Shown here piece by piece: positions 38,828-52,016 of a DNA stretch of 64,000 nt (position 1 is the first letter of the stretch; each line of letters begins with the position of its first letter). Source of the DNA: Octopus bimaculoides. Taxonomy: Eukaryota. The notes under the pieces were generated by a model. That model was not told the DNA's origin. It was given only the letters and a program-made list of their open reading frames with translations, and did not search any database. The stretch covers positions 30,318,310-30,382,309 of the forward strand of contig NC_069001.1 in assembly GCF_001194135.2 (NCBI RefSeq). The letters run 5' to 3'. A program made the position numbers and the translations under genes.

Positions 38828-39879
38828 TACACGATATGTTTTGGCAGAACTTCACCCATGCCATGCAAATCGAAAATTTGGTTTGATGTTAATATACGAT
38901 TGGTGGTGTACAGTTTAATTATGGGCCATCGAAACATTTCCGCATACTCTTCTTATGGCCTTAAGTGACTACTGAATTAAACTCAACCGGATTTGTTCTT
39001 TCTTTTGGACCTGAAAATACAGTCAGCTGGGCATACGTGAATGTTATTTATATTGACATCACCATTAGGTTGTGTACCAGGTCATAAATACTGCCGGCGA
39101 AATATTAGCACCTGTATTATATAAACGATTTTTGTAAGCTATGATTCGTCATGTTTCTGGTGATGTAGTCACTGCGACGAGGAATAGATACTCTGCAGTC
39201 TTATCTCGTTGCCTGTCGGTACGTGCGCTGTGTATAGTTGCTTTGCAATCGTCTCCGTCCGAATAACAAGTGCTATTGATTCTCGGCTACGGTCCAGGGT
39301 AAGAACTCCAGACATGAAGCATATCATACTTTATTTACGAATCTTGATACTCTAACTGAAACATTCGGTAGCTCATATTTGCTTTTCATGATGTTGGGTA
39401 GTTAAAATAAACATTTATCAGCTACTTGACTCTGTCTACAGACCAATGTCTGCAGCAAATATTTATTAGCGTTGTACACGTTTAGAAATCAATAATTTGA
39501 AAGTGTTGATGTTTAGCGTAGTCAGAAAAGAATAGTAATGATGTTTAGCAATTCAGCTTTATCACCTGGTTCAAATAATGCTGTTTTGAAATTCTCTCTA
39601 CGTACTCTGCGGACGTTAACATAAATACAATTCAAGTGTCTTAGGATTACTTTTAAAATGAAGAGAACAATAAGACACTGCATCAATATTAACATTTGAG
39701 CATCGGGCACGTTGTGGTATTTCGTTAGAAAATTTTTACCTCGTTTAACATTCATGGCTTCTAGGTCAATACTATAGATTACTTATGGAAAACTAACACC
39801 AATTTAAAGGGGAACATGTGTCCTCAGTACGCTAGCAATTCTGGCAATCATACATACCAATATTAGTTCCAAATATTAG

Positions 39880-40075
39880 AACAACCCCAGCAATTTCATG
39901 GGGAGGTTAAGTCGATTAGATCGACATCAGTGTTCAACTGGTATATATTTGAACGACCCCGAAGGAATGAAAGGCGAAATTGATCTCGGTGGTATTTCAT
40001 CTCGGAGCGTAATAAGGGACGAATTGCAACTAGGCATTTTGCCTGGCGTGGAAAAAGCTCTGCCAGCTCGCGGCT
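39880..40075 (-). mobile_element. tRNA-derived SINE, family A
   Basis: CGACCCCGAAGGAATGAAAGGCGAAATTGATCTCGGTGG is the reverse complement of the core. Confidence 0.75.
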
Positions 40076-42152
40076 TTTAACGTAATAATTAGTACTAAGA
40101 GAGCACGTTGCATGCAGCATAAATGATAGGTTAACTGGATTCAATAAATAACTCAATGAAATATTTATATCTATTTATTCCTTGGTTCAAAACCCACTGA
40201 TGTCTCACATTGCAGTGCATCCATAATTATTCGATAAAATTTAAGGTTCCATTATATGAACTATACATATACTAAAATACTGTCGTAGCTGTTTACCTAC
40301 GTCGGATAATTTTACCAATTGTCTAAAGAATGGATTTGTAGAGTGAGTAGCACATTAATATAGGGTTTCAATTACGCCCAACGATTAAAAAGATTATCGA
40401 AAATTCTCTTCATCTTTGATGTCCGTAGATTTAACAAATAACAATGTTTATATTCTTTTATCGCTATAATTACTCCCCTAGAAGTAGCAAAAAAATTATT
40501 ATTTTAGTGGAGTAATTATAGCTATATAAGAATATACTTTCTAGTGGATAGATAAAACGTGAAATATGATGTAATTGCTAATTATATAGATATTAATTAT
40601 TGTATTTGTATATATATATATATATATATGAACAAGAAAATCATGTAATTAGTTTTATTAATATTAATTTGCACTACCAGTGACGTACATTCTCTTAATA
40701 GCAAAGACTTTTCTCGTGATTATTTTCCACTCTCAATTATCAGGGCACCGTTTTCCTGTTAAGAAATTATCTAGAGGATTATCGTGTAGCTGTTATCAGG
40801 GAAAAAATGTCACAGAGCAGTTATCAAAGGCAGTTTTATTATAGGCTCAATTAGTCAGAGGGAAAATATCAGAAGGGTATTTAATATCAGGGCACTGTGT
40901 TTTCTAACGGGAAAGGGTTGTGGTTGTAATATTAAGATGTAAGGAGCGGTCTGATCGATTACTCTGTGTTTAAATGAAGAAAAGTTCTGCAAATTTTTAC
41001 TGGACGTTATTTGTCGTTAAATATTCATTAACAAGACAAGCAATATTCCGAGCTCTTTAGCTGAGCTTCCTATAAATAGTTGTTAATATTCCCTGACATC
41101 AAAATTACTTCTGGCGAAGAAAGAGACTGAGTGAACTATGTTATACAGTTCTATGTACCTGTAAAGAAACAACCAGGCGATGGTGTTGGAGCTGATGGTG
41201 CGTGCTGGTGTCGGTGATATGTAATATGTTTAGTTATAGTCCTATTTGGAAGCAATTTACTAGAAGCTACGAATATCAACATTAGTGCATATTCTGAGTC
41301 ATAAGAAATAACACAATATCCGTCATACATCAATATATGTGTAATAAAATAGGGTATAGTGAACAATAAAGGCTATTAGGATATATATAGCAAATTAGGC
41401 AGTTAGGAGGAAAACTCTGAGCAATTTGTTATACTCTTTTCGAAATCAACAAATTAAGTCCATATTTACGATGGCTAAACGGTGAAGATAGCAAAGAAAG
41501 TGGTGAACGAACTATATCAAGGTAGATTTTGAATCGCTTTCATCGCCTATATGACGTATGCAGTTGGAAAGGTGATAGGTTTACGATTTGTTGCTAGGAC
41601 TTCCTGGACTGTAAAGCGTAATTATGAACGGCTTGTAGTAGGCTCACTATTTGTAGTAGGCTCACTACACGGAATTTGAAGCTGACAAAAATGCAAGAAC
41701 GTAAAATTCCGAAGAGATTTATCTTATTCAGAAACGAGTCAACTTTGTTGATCGTGATGAAAACCTAAAAGATTAAGTTGTAACATGCTGTTACTTTCCT
41801 GAGTTAAACAGCAGATATATTCATACAATCGATATTAGGTTGGAATAAGAAAAATATAGTTGAAACTGAGTAGCGTGAATAACGTACAGGAACTGGCAAT
41901 TACTATAAAACATAGTGAGGGGAATATTATTACTATTCATAAAATCGTGAAGGAGAGATATGAGTTTGAATTTGGTTTGCCGAAATGATAATTTAATATA
42001 CTGTAAGGATATCCAGCTTAACATATCACTCATATAATAAAATTCAGTGTATAAAAATGCGCCACACTGTTCTGCGTATACCTGATTATTAGCCAGTATG
42101 TATCGATATGACTCTAAAAATAATGATACTTATGTCATGCTATATATGTGCA

Positions 42153-42200
<48 letters not shown>

Positions 42201-42929
42201 CAGATATATTGATAGATAGATAGATAGATAGATTGATGATTGTATATGTGTATATGTGTTTGTCTATGTTTCTATATACATAGTTATGTATGGATATGTA
42301 TGGTCAAATGTATATTGGAGATACAATATTTCAGATGCCATACAATAAATCTAATATATTTACCGTGACCGAAATGTGAACGGCTCTTTAATGACATATA
42401 TATCAATATCAAGTGATTATGGAGATGTCAAGAAACAAGTTAAATGAAATTCCATAGAATTACAATTAAATACTCATGGCGCGCTGCAAATATATCGCTT
42501 ATTGTATGTGATTCAGCGACCGAATAATGATACATATTACGATATATGCTGCCGACGATCGCATTGCTACACATATTGATAGCGTCATGAGACGTAAACT
42601 AACGAAAGTTGATATGTAAGAGCTGTAAAAATATTACAATAAAGCAATTAAAAGCCATATTATGCATCTAGTTGTCGTGTCAGATTTACCTATAGACACT
42701 TCCGAGGGAAAAATTCTGTACAGCTTGTAATGGATCTATGGAATATCAATGATAATGTTTATAATATTTCTTGCCCTGTCCAGTATAGTTTGAATGGTGC
42801 AATCTATATTCCATCCTAAACCATGTTCTTGTGAACGTATACATCTTTCTTCACTGATTAGTTCTTGCCCACGTTTGTTCCTGGTAAGATTTAACCAATG
42901 AATATCTCTTGCGACAAATTACACGATAT

Positions 42930-43250
42930 GCATGTTTTCAAAACAGGTGAACGGGACATGCGTCGGTTGTGTACTGAAAAATCTTGTGACTCTGTGTTAT
43001 ATAATGAATGAATGAAACTATCCCAAAAATAATGCAAAAGAAGATACGGTAATATTGCAAAAATGGTTTCTTTGGAGCTATAAGTCAATTGTGACGTGGA
43101 TAAACGAAAAGCATGGTATGAGCAAAACCCAGAATGAGTAATGTTGTATCAAAAGGTAAAACTGTTGTGTCGTGTAATTACCCAATGTGATAATAAGATG
43201 GAATATCGAAGGTTGGATGTAGCTGTGAATAAAAAGGAAATATCTATTTC
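42930..43250 (+). pseudogene. Degenerate R4/Dong-like LINE zinc-knuckle/RLE fragment
   Basis: RRYGNIAKMV (RRHD-like), AWYEQNPE, VKLLCRVITQCDNKMEYRRLDVAV (LWDF..QCD..I..RRPDIV-like). Confidence 0.6.
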
Positions 43251-43261
43251 ATCAGAAGTGT

Positions 43262-43430
43262 TGGTTCTAAATTTTGGCACAAAGTCAGCAATCTCGATCA
43301 GAAAGGGTAATTCGATTATATCGACGTCCGTGTTCAACTGGTGCTTATTTATCGACCCCGCAAGGATAAAAGGTAAAGTCGACCTCGGCGGAATTTGAAC
43401 TCAGACCGTAAAGACAGACGAAATACCTGT
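43262..43430 (-). mobile_element. tRNA-derived SINE, family A
   Basis: ATCGACCCCGCAAGGATAAAAGGTAAAGTCGACCTCGGCGGAATTTGAACTCAGA. Confidence 0.85.
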
Positions 43431-43529
43431 AGTTTTCTTGTTGCTATTGCTGCTTCTTTCTATCTCTCAAATAAATCCATAGAATTTAAAATTATCGATC
43501 TACACACTACTAGCTTAAAATTTATAAAT

Positions 43530-43662
43530 CATTGGACAGGAGTGGCTGAGTGGTAAGTAACTTGCCTACCAACCACATGGTTACGCGTTCTTCTACTATA
43601 ACCTCGGGCCGACCGAAGCATTGTGGGTGGATTTGGTAGACGGATGCAAAAAAAAGCCCGTC

Positions 43663-43707
<45 letters not shown>

Positions 43708-43900
43708 GTGTGTGTGTGTTCCAACATCGCTTGACAACCGATGCTGGTGTGTTTACGTCCCCGTAACCTAGCGGTTCGGCAAAAGAGAACGATAGGATAA
43801 GTACTAGGCTTACAAAGAATAAACCCTGGGGTCGATTTGCTCGACTAGAGGCGGTGCTCGTGCATGGCCGTAGTCAAATGATTGAAACATGTAAGTAGAG
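43530..43900 (+). mobile_element. tRNA-derived CORE-like SINE, family B, with internal (TA)n(TG)n
   Basis: GGAGTGGCTGAGTGGTAAG head, CTTCTACTATAACCTCGGGCCGACC, microsatellite linker, 3' module ending GGGGTCGATTTGCTCGACTAGAGGCGGTGCTC. Confidence 0.9.
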
Positions 43901-44540
43901 AGAGTGTTACATAAATAATAGAAGATTAATTTATTTTGCATGAGAAGATCCAGTGATTTGAACTCTTTCCACAAACAAGTAAAACACCACTAGAGGACTT
44001 AAGAAAAGCTTAAAGTCAACCACCTGATATGAGTCCGTTTTGTTACTCTTCTTGCTATGTTTTCAAATACTTTGTAGCATGACAATAATTTTCGAATTAC
44101 CCCTCTCGATTATTTTCTTATGGCGCTCATAATCTTTTTTATTCACAAAGTTATTTTCTTACATTTTTATCAGTCTTAAATTTTGATTTCTTTATTGTAA
44201 GTATTTTCTTAGTTAATTCACAGGTCGTCTTTTTCTATGTTTCTATCGCGTTTAACCATAACTCTGTTCTCTATCAATCTCCATAACATACGCCGATTCT
44301 TTGTTAAATTATTCATTTATAATCTCATTTCATTCCCTAGAACAAGTCTTACGACATAATCCTGTTTAACTCTCTCATTTCTATATTTTTATCTCTGTCT
44401 ATCGCTCTCTATTCTCTCACTCGCCACACGATTATATTAGCCTATAGTTTTCCTTATCACACTATCTCATTATCACCCCCTTTAATGCACCACGAAAATA
44501 TACACACTCTTCTCTCACTGTCGTTCTATTTTCCTCTATA

Positions 44541-44551
44541 TAGATAGATAA

Positions 44552-44595
<44 letters not shown>

Positions 44596-44654
44596 GTAGG
44601 TAGGTAGATAGACAGACAGATAGATAGATAGATAGATAGATAAATAGATGGATG

Positions 44655-44704
<50 letters not shown>

Positions 44705-44850
44705 CATAAACACACACACCAGTAGAGATTGAGGCAAGAAGACACATAACCCGAGAGATAACTAGAAAGACAGACAGACAGGTAGATACATAAATTGAGA
44801 GATAGACACACAGATACATAGATCGAAAGATAGACACAGACAAAGAGATT

Positions 44851-44885
<35 letters not shown>

Positions 44886-44922
44886 TGTAAATAGGTAGAC
44901 AGATAGAAAAATAGATAGATAG
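44541..44922. repeat. (GATA)n-rich satellite with GACA/GGAT variants
   Basis: Directly visible. Confidence 0.95.
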
Positions 44923-45354
44923 ATTCGTTTCACTCCCTCATTTTCACTGCCACACCCCTCTTCTGTTCTACAGTTTAAACATCTCCTTGTTTGTCAGCTG
45001 CCAAATTGTAAATTACCTCAAAGACATTTATTGACCAAGTTCCAAAAGATTAACTTCAAACTGTGTTTGTAACTTATGCTGAGCTGTCAACAGAACTCCA
45101 ACACAAATATTTCTACCAGTGGGTATTCCTTGGAAGGTCAGACAGTTTCAAAAGGTAGAGAGAAAGACGTAACGCGATACAAGCAGAAATAAATATAAGA
45201 CAGAATATTAGAAACATACAGATATGTAGAACATGGCGAGAGCAGAGGAACAAGAAACTAATAATAATAATAACAAAATTAATAATAGTAGTAGTAGTAG
45301 TAGTAATAACAACACCACCACCAAAAATAATAATAATGATAATAATAATAATAT

Positions 45355-45703
45355 GGTATAAAAGATGGGCTACAGCAAATATTCAGCTCAATACCACCGA
45401 TTTGCTCGTCAGTTGTTTCCCCTTAACCAGTTGAGCATGTCTCTCAGTGGCTGACGATATCTGCACCACGTGATGGGTATACTGGGCTTTAGTTTCCCTT
45501 TCTTCCCCAGTTTCACTTTGATGGCATGCACTGCTCTCTCACTCAATAATAACAGTTATAAAGCCCTGATGAAGTAAGTCAGTGGCTTTCCTGGATTCTC
45601 ATCGTAACTGATTGGAAGTGTTATCATGTACATTGTTTTGTCTTGGTATAAAAAATGGACTATAGCAAATATTCTGCTCACTACCACAATGTTGCTTGTC
45701 AGT
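45355..45703. repeat. Element bounded by 59-bp direct repeats 290 bp apart
   Basis: GGTATAAAAGATGGGCTACAGCAAATATTC...GTCAGT (45355-45413) vs 45645-45703, about 10 mismatches in 59. Confidence 0.7.
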
Positions 45704-47635
45704 CCTTCCCGAGTGTTAAACTATTACACCTGCATGTTCTTCCTACACCTCGCTGCATCTTTGTTTCTGTAAATTTTAACTATATAAGTATATTTCGAAT
45801 ATTAGATTGTATAAATATGCCCTCATCAAAGACATATGAGCTCGCTATCTTCAGAACATTTCCGTATTTTCTACGTATTTCATTATGCAGCGAAGATTTA
45901 CGGCATTCCCTAATTACAATGTTTAAATCATCACAGCATTAATGCATATTGTGAGAAGAATAATGTCCACACTCCATTGTAACACACTGTCTCAATATTT
46001 GATTGAAGAAATGCGGAGAAAGCAAAGAATTTATTGCATGCATTGAAAGAGGGAATCTTGACTTGGAGGTGATTGGATTCATGTTCTCAGGTTTGTGTTG
46101 GAATTATTGAGAAATGAAAAGCCAACGAGGAGTTGTTCATTGAATATTGATTCCACGTAGAGAAGTTGTGGATTTTGAACAATGCTTGTATTTGTTTCTG
46201 TGCCCTGGATAATGCTGATTATGCGAAAACATTATCCCAGACACCAAAACAAATATCATTACTGCAGAAATGAAATAATTCAAGCTAAAAATTACATTGG
46301 CATTCATAATTTAAAAGAAAACAGTAGAATTGTTAGAAAAAATTAATTCTTCAGTTTGTAACCTCGGGCTAATTACGTAATAAAGATAAAATTCACGCTC
46401 AACGTTTTGCTTTTATGAAAAGTAAATTTATTTTGTCATTTTTTTCCTAACGAAATGTTCTTCATCGCTTAAATATATTTTACATTTACCTTACATATTT
46501 TATCATGAACATTAAGCCATTTAAACTGAAAAGTTAATTTAAAGATTCAGAAGCCATTTACGTAATATATCTAATATTTTACGTAAACATGGTTAATATT
46601 TCTTCTTTCTATTCCGCCTGGGTCGACATTGCTTTATATACTTTAGAGATCGGTAAAATATATACTAGTTGACAACTGAGTTTCATATAATCCTCGTACA
46701 CCAGACTCCAAAATTGCTGTGCCAGAATCCGAAAGCAATGAGTGGTACTTTATTTTAATGTTCCAGAAGAGATAAAAACTTCAGTTGAACTCAGAACGGA
46801 AAGTTCTAAAAGAAATACTGCGCTAAAGATTTTGCCAGATATACTCGATAAATTAACTACCAGTTACACACTTGGATCGTTGTAATCGACTTAATCCATT
46901 TGTCTGTCCTTGTTTGTCCCCTCTATGTTTAGCCCATTGTTAGCAATGAATAAATAAGAAACGATAGCACGATGAAAGGCAATGTCTACCTCGGCGGATT
47001 TTGAAGACCAATCAAATGTCACTACGGATTTAGGCTATGTGCTAACGATTTTGACATTTCACCGCCTTAGTTACAGCTTGTATCAAAAGTATTTTGAGGT
47101 TCAACATCTTCAGCATTGAGTTGTAAATTATTGTCTACATATAAGCAAAGCCTACTAAGGAAGTCTCTACAATACATTTACCACTAGATTCTGCTTTGCA
47201 CGCATTTCTCTAAGATTATATTGATGACAAAGCATTCAACGCGTTGGTACAAAAGCAATCAGCAACGTGCTTCCAGCTTCTGTTTACTGTAGGTTTAATA
47301 TAATTACTTGATCAATCTCTGTTCCCCTGCGTTGCATTCTTGCGTTCTTGTAGAACAAAATACACGTGCATTTCATCCCACACTCACATACACACATACA
47401 CAAACGTAAACAATATTTTACCCTTCCATCCCACTCATACGTTACTAACATGTATTCTCAATCCTTTTTAAATAGGTCTCCTGTAGTGTACAAAAGCTGT
47501 CTTTCCTGGCGGCAATTACTTTTCCTTTTACGCAGTGTATCATAGTTAAGTAAACAAATTATCCACTCTAAGAAGTGGAATGAAAACCAATGAGAAAGAT
47601 ATGTCTTAATGAAGCAGATTCCCGAAAAGCGGAAC

Positions 47636-47639
<4 letters not shown>

Positions 47640-47666
<27 letters not shown>

Positions 47667-47728
47667 AGGCACACACACACACACACACATACACACACAC
47701 ACCCTCTCTCTCTATCACTCTCTCTCTA

Positions 47729-47806
<78 letters not shown>
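47640..47806. repeat. (CA)n-(CT)n compound microsatellite
   Basis: Directly visible. Confidence 0.95.
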
Positions 47807-47809
<3 letters not shown>

Positions 47810-47886
47810 GAAGAAAACACATACAAATAGAATTTTTTTAAATGCGTGTTGCAGGAAGAAACAATAACCAACATAAATTAGTCCTA

Positions 47887-48095
47887 AGGCGGTGAGCTGG
47901 CAGAATCGATAACACGCTGAGCGAAATACTTAGCAGCATTTTGTCTGTCTTCATGTTCTGAGTTCAAATACCGCCGAGGTTGACCTTGCCTTTCATACAC
48001 TCTAATTCTATAGAATCAGGACCAGTTGAGTACTGGGTCCAATGTAATCGATTTACGCCCTCCTCCGAAATTGTTGGCATTGTGCCAGAATTTCA
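47887..48095 (+). mobile_element. tRNA-derived SINE, family A
   Basis: AAGGCGGTGAGCTGGCAGAATCG...GAGTTCAAATACCGCCGAGGTTGACCTTGCCTTTCAT. Confidence 0.85.
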
Positions 48096-48701
48096 AACCA
48101 ATACAACGGTTACTTCTATAGACACTCATCATGTCGTGAACCAATGAACTGAATAATATTTGAGTCTTTGGTAATTGGTAAAGGAACAGAATATAGCGTT
48201 CCATGTGGAATAATTGCGGATAGGCGTATGCGATATAAATGATGTCTCCCAATAGGATAATGTCGTAAATGTAATGAATACGTGCTTTTCTCTGCGACAC
48301 ATTGCAGGCGTATGTACTTAGAAAATATTTACTGTACTATATATTTCGATGTGTGAGTTTGTTTTGAGAATAAGTTCTTAGATGTGTGCCTGTGAATACG
48401 TATGAACATAAATAAGCCCACAATATAAATTGGCTGACGTACAATATTATAGGCAATGTTACAATAGTGGTGGCGAAAAATACTAATTTAGCTCAGATTC
48501 AGGAAGAAGCAAGAATGAGAAAGAATACAATACATGTTTCAAGGCACGTATTAAAAAGGGTTCCATCATGCACATTACATCAAAGAAATGAAGGAGGTAG
48601 ACGTTTCACGGAAAGAAACAAGGAGAGAGAAAAAAGAATGTGTAGTGGCTAGCGATCTATCATATATATATACATATATATATACATATATGTATATATA
48701 C

Positions 48702-48777
<76 letters not shown>

Positions 48778-49362
48778 TACATAAATGCGAGTGTATATGT
48801 GCATGTATGTGTGTATATCACCAAAAGGCTCCAAAACAGTGCATCCTAGAGCAAAATAGATTTGATTTTAGAAATTGCATCCCAACGAAGAACATTTTTG
48901 TTGTTAATAATCAAAATATAATTTTCTACAAGAAATAACTTCCAGATTGCCAACGTTGAATATCTTTCGAAGCTGCCAGCTTAAACCCGTGACTACCTGA
49001 GTGTGTGTATACATGTATGTGTGCGTGTGTGTATGTATGTTGCATCTTATAACTGTCTCTCTACTGCTCTTTCATGCCTTATTGAAAGAGATACATGTGG
49101 AAAAACAAAGGGGAAATAACATAGAGGAAAGAGAAATTGAGAGAAACTGGTACAAAATGAAACAAAGGTCTGCGACCAGAGTAGAGGTGGTTTCATTTAC
49201 TATTGAAGTAAACACGTGTATATGCGTGTGTATGTGTCAGCGTGCGTGTGCCTGTGTATGTGTATGTTTATATGTTTATATATATATATATGTGTGTGTG
49301 TGTGGGTATCTGTCTCTCTCCCTTTCTTTCTCTCCCTGTCTCTCTCTATATATATATGTATT

Positions 49363-49402
<40 letters not shown>

Positions 49403-49677
49403 NNNNNNNNNNNNNNNNNNNNNNNNNNNNNNNNNNNNNNNNNNNNNNNNNNNNNNNNNNNNNNNNNNNNNNNNNNNNNNNNNNNNNNNNNNNNNNNNNN
49501 NNNNNNNNNNNNNNNNNNNNNNNNNNNNNNNNNNNNNNNNNNNNNNNNNNNNNNNNNNNNNNNNNNNNNNNNNNNNNNNNNNNNNNNNNNNNNNNNNNNN
49601 NNNNNNNNNNNNNNNNNNNNNNNNNNNNNNNNNNNNNNNNNNNNNNNNNNNNNNNNNNNNNNNNNNNNNNNNNNNNN
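49403..49677. other. Assembly gap (N run)
   Basis: 275 N between (TA)n tracts. Confidence 1.
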
Positions 49678-49716
<39 letters not shown>

Positions 49717-50677
49717 ATATATAAATATATATACACATATATATATATATATGTGTGTATATATAAATATATATACACATAGATATGTATGTGTCTAGAT
49801 AAATATAATATATATGCATACGTGAGGTACGTACTTACTAACCTATTGGAGTAGAGGCAAGGATACACATAGGTATGTATGATACGAATGTGCACACGAT
49901 ATTGAATTTGATAATAAATTAGGATAGGCAATATTCATGATTCTCATAAGGCCTGAAGTTAGAGAAATGATTAAAAAATAAACATGGCGGTAAGTACGCT
50001 TCTAGATACGTATGTATCTGAAACTGTATATAATGAACAAATTTAAGCGACATCAGATACGCAAGAACGAAAATAACCACAAGAATCTATGGAGATGCTG
50101 GAACTATAAAGTAAGATAATAAATAGAAAGCAAAACAGTTAGCTAGTGAGTAAATAGATAAATTCTCTTAGGCTGACGGAATTTACTAAAATTAGCGGCG
50201 TTTATTTGCTATGAATGAAAGGAAAACATCATAGAGCGTACGACAAACCGCGCCTGCGCTTATAATATATATCATATTTTAAATAGCATTAAATGATATA
50301 TGTGTATTGAAGAACTTTAGAGGATTAATGAACAAAGAATGTTATTGAAGTTATAGTCTGCAGAAGTTTTGCTAATTGGAGAAAAAGTATTTCTATAATT
50401 ATTCAAAAACTGACTCGGTGACAATGACATGAAATGTTTTTATTTGAAGAAATATATACATTTGCATAAAAACATTAAATACATTATAAATGTAACAATA
50501 CATCAATACACTCATACTTACATATATGCATACATACATATGATGCATCACACACAAATACATACACACATACACATGTATCTGTGTATGTATGTATACA
50601 TGCATATACATATGTTTGGTGCGGTGTGCATATATACATATATCTTTATAGATTTCTGTATGCTTCTGTAAGTGCGT

Positions 50678-51160
50678 ATTATTATTATTATTATTTTGAC
50701 CTGGCTGAAATTGGGTCTTACTCTTTGCAGGAATTATGTCGGTAGTGGGTTACTACCTGTAACCTTAGATATCTACAAATTTTCAGCAATATTTCAAGTG
50801 CTTAGGACGCTCTTGATAATCCTTGCTGTCCCTAAGAGACAAACATTCTGTAGGAGCTCTACCGGGCATTCTATTTCAGTCTCCTTCAGCCATTTATCTG
50901 TCTTTGCTTACTATTCCCAACGCATCGATTATTGTAGGATCGACATTTACTGTTCGCATGCTCCACATTCTTCCTATTTCTAACTTTAAGCAATTGTATT
51001 TTCTTTTTTTTTTCTTCTTTTTTCTTTATAATCCTGGAAGCAAACGGGCATGATGCATTGATAAGTAGGCAACTTCGCTTTTCCCTATCTGCATTTGCTA
51101 TATCTGGTCTATTATTACTAAATTTTTTGTCCGTTTGAATTCGAAAGTCCCCAAAATTCT
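50678..51160 (-). pseudogene. R4/Dong-like LINE 3' end (RLE domain) with (AAT)n tail
   Basis: GDFRIQTDKKFSNNRPDIANADREKRSCLLI (RPD motif), then KLEIGRMWSMRTVNVDPTIIDALGIVSK; 3' UTR ends in (AAT)n at about 50678-50696. Confidence 0.85.
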
Positions 51161-51239
51161 TCCATTTCTCCGTATTATTGTTAATGTGAGTTAAACCAAA
51201 ATAATAAATATCATTTTTATCATTATTGACTTGACTCAA

Positions 51240-51510
51240 GTTCTGTCTTGCTAGGATTTATAACCGGTAATGTTAGTTATCCACATGCTCTCAATTGTCT
51301 TCTTAGAGCCACTACCAACTCCTGATAATATCTCCTGTCCTTAAGAAACAAACTTTCTGTAAAAACTCTGCAGAACATTTTATTCTAATCTCTTTGAACC
51401 GTGTATCTATATCTTTGCTTAGGCTTCCCAATGCACCAATTATTATCGGCACAACTTCACGTCTTTTATACTCCAAATTCTTACAATTTCAAATATTAAG
51501 AGATTGCATT
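51240..51510 (-). pseudogene. Second R4/Dong-like LINE 3' end
   Basis: VVPIIIGALGSLSKDIDTRFKEIRIKCSAEFLQKVCFLRTGDIIR. Confidence 0.8.
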
Positions 51511-51940
51511 ATTTTGTTGTTTTAGCTAGGATGTTAGCGGTGCCTCGTAGTGCTATTTTCTGTATGTAATATACACTTGTAAGTCCTGGAGTTTTTACTA
51601 TTTATTTGTCTGAAAGTTCTTATCATACCTAATGCACCTACTATAATAGGAATTGTTTCTGTTTTTTAGGTTCTACATTCGAGTTGGATCTATTTACAGC
51701 TCTTTGCATTTTGAAAGTTTCTCCGTTTCTTTTACAGAAATGTTGTCAGCTGTTGGTATTGATACAGCAATTAGAAAGCATTTTTCTTTTCTTTTTTTTT
51801 TCGAGTGTAACTTTGACAACTATATCCAGCTTATTAACGTTGATTTCCATGTGTATATTGGCATATCCCAAAGTATGGTTCCGCTCTCATTTTCTGTGAC
51901 GTTTTCTGACGTGTGCTTATACCATCTTTTTTTTTTCTGT
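51510..51940 (-). pseudogene. Third R4/Dong-like LINE 3' end
   Basis: RWYKHTSENVTENESGTILWDMPI...KCFLIAVSIPTADNISVKETEKLSK...ETIPIIVGALGMI...IQKIALRGTANIL. Confidence 0.85.
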
Positions 51941-51985
51941 TGTTAATCCATAGTCTTGGCATAGATTATTATTATTATTATTATG

Positions 51986-52016
<31 letters not shown>

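Noticed and set aside
41133-41366. Protein-like stretches on both strands (FYVPVKKQPGDGVGADGACWCR*; 71-aa minus ORF)
   Set aside because: No recognisable family and no convincing pair of splice sites.
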